From: Styela clava
Lineage: Eukaryota
Assembly: GCF_964204865.1 (NCBI RefSeq)
Contig: NC_135257.1
Coordinates: 15,996,001 to 16,060,000, forward strand
Length of the DNA: 64,000 nt
Reading direction: 5' to 3'
Within the stretch, counting starts at the first letter, position 1. Every line of letters starts with the position of its first letter. The notes under the pieces are model-generated. The model did no database searches and was not told where the DNA came from. It was given only the letters and a program-made list of their open reading frames with translations. Shown piece by piece: positions 63,509 to 64,000 of this stretch. The position numbers were made by a program, and so were the translations under genes.

Positions 63509-64000
63509 TAGGCTTGTCCATGGGACATATTTTTCTGTCCCATTCCATCCCATGGGATTCCCATTGAAAACAATTTTCAATAAAAAAAATTAGGTTTAGC
63601 GTCTACTAAATAAGACTACATGTACAAAGAAACATGCAAAACAACAAACTTTATTGACTTTGTCAACTTTAAAAAATTTAGAAATATTATTTAACTAACA
63701 TAAGAGAGCTATGCTCAAATACATGGACACGAAATCCATAACGGAATTTCATTGTCATCAATTCCCCCAAAATCATACGGCATCCTGAACGAACCTGAAC
63801 AGCCACGGCTGCCGGCTCTGTGAAGATGATCTATATTCTATGCCACATGATTCAGATTTTAAAACCATATTCCTACGAGTAAAAATAATAAAGCGAAATT
63901 TTGGATCCCATACCATTCATAGAAAATTTACGAATAAATCAAAGTAATAGTTTAGGAGGATAGTGATTTTTTCATAACGATAAGAAGATAAATTGGTGTC
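63509..64000. mobile_element. Left end of a probable DNA transposon in a FAR intron
   Basis: TAGGCTTGTCCATGGGAC start with repeated CCCAT/ATGGGA subterminal motifs; the other end is outside the window. Confidence 0.45.

Overview
AT-rich, intron-containing eukaryotic (invertebrate animal) DNA. The compact GT-AG introns, deuterostome-like proteins and MITE-rich introns suggest an ascidian tunicate; this is an inference. Eight spliced genes were reconstructed by hand: a secreted animal heme peroxidase (-, 10377 to 3011 or further), a heparan sulfate 3-O-sulfotransferase-like gene (-), MOB4/phocein (+), GNPAT (+), CDK2AP1/DOC-1 (+), WDR44 (+), NTMT1 (+) and the 3' part of a fatty acyl-CoA reductase FAR (-). 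There is also an orphan signal-peptide ORF at 1266-1775. Introns and intergenic DNA hold many non-autonomous transposons (hAT, Tc2/pogo-like and Merlin-like MITEs, a tRNA-type SINE) and tandem repeats. The most unusual signal is that the peroxidase can splice in frame past its apparent stop into exons resembling a zona pellucida C-terminal (ZP-C) module followed by a hydrophobic tail; one linking exon could not be resolved. Other points are a GC-AG intron and long acidic tail in MOB4, a near-intronless GNPAT whose SKL signal sits on a separate exon, a MITE inserted into the TIR of its own family member, and a minisatellite split by a 2.5-kb insert. No prokaryotic systems, CRISPR arrays, rRNA or tRNA genes were seen. 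Exon boundaries are manual and may be off by a few bases.
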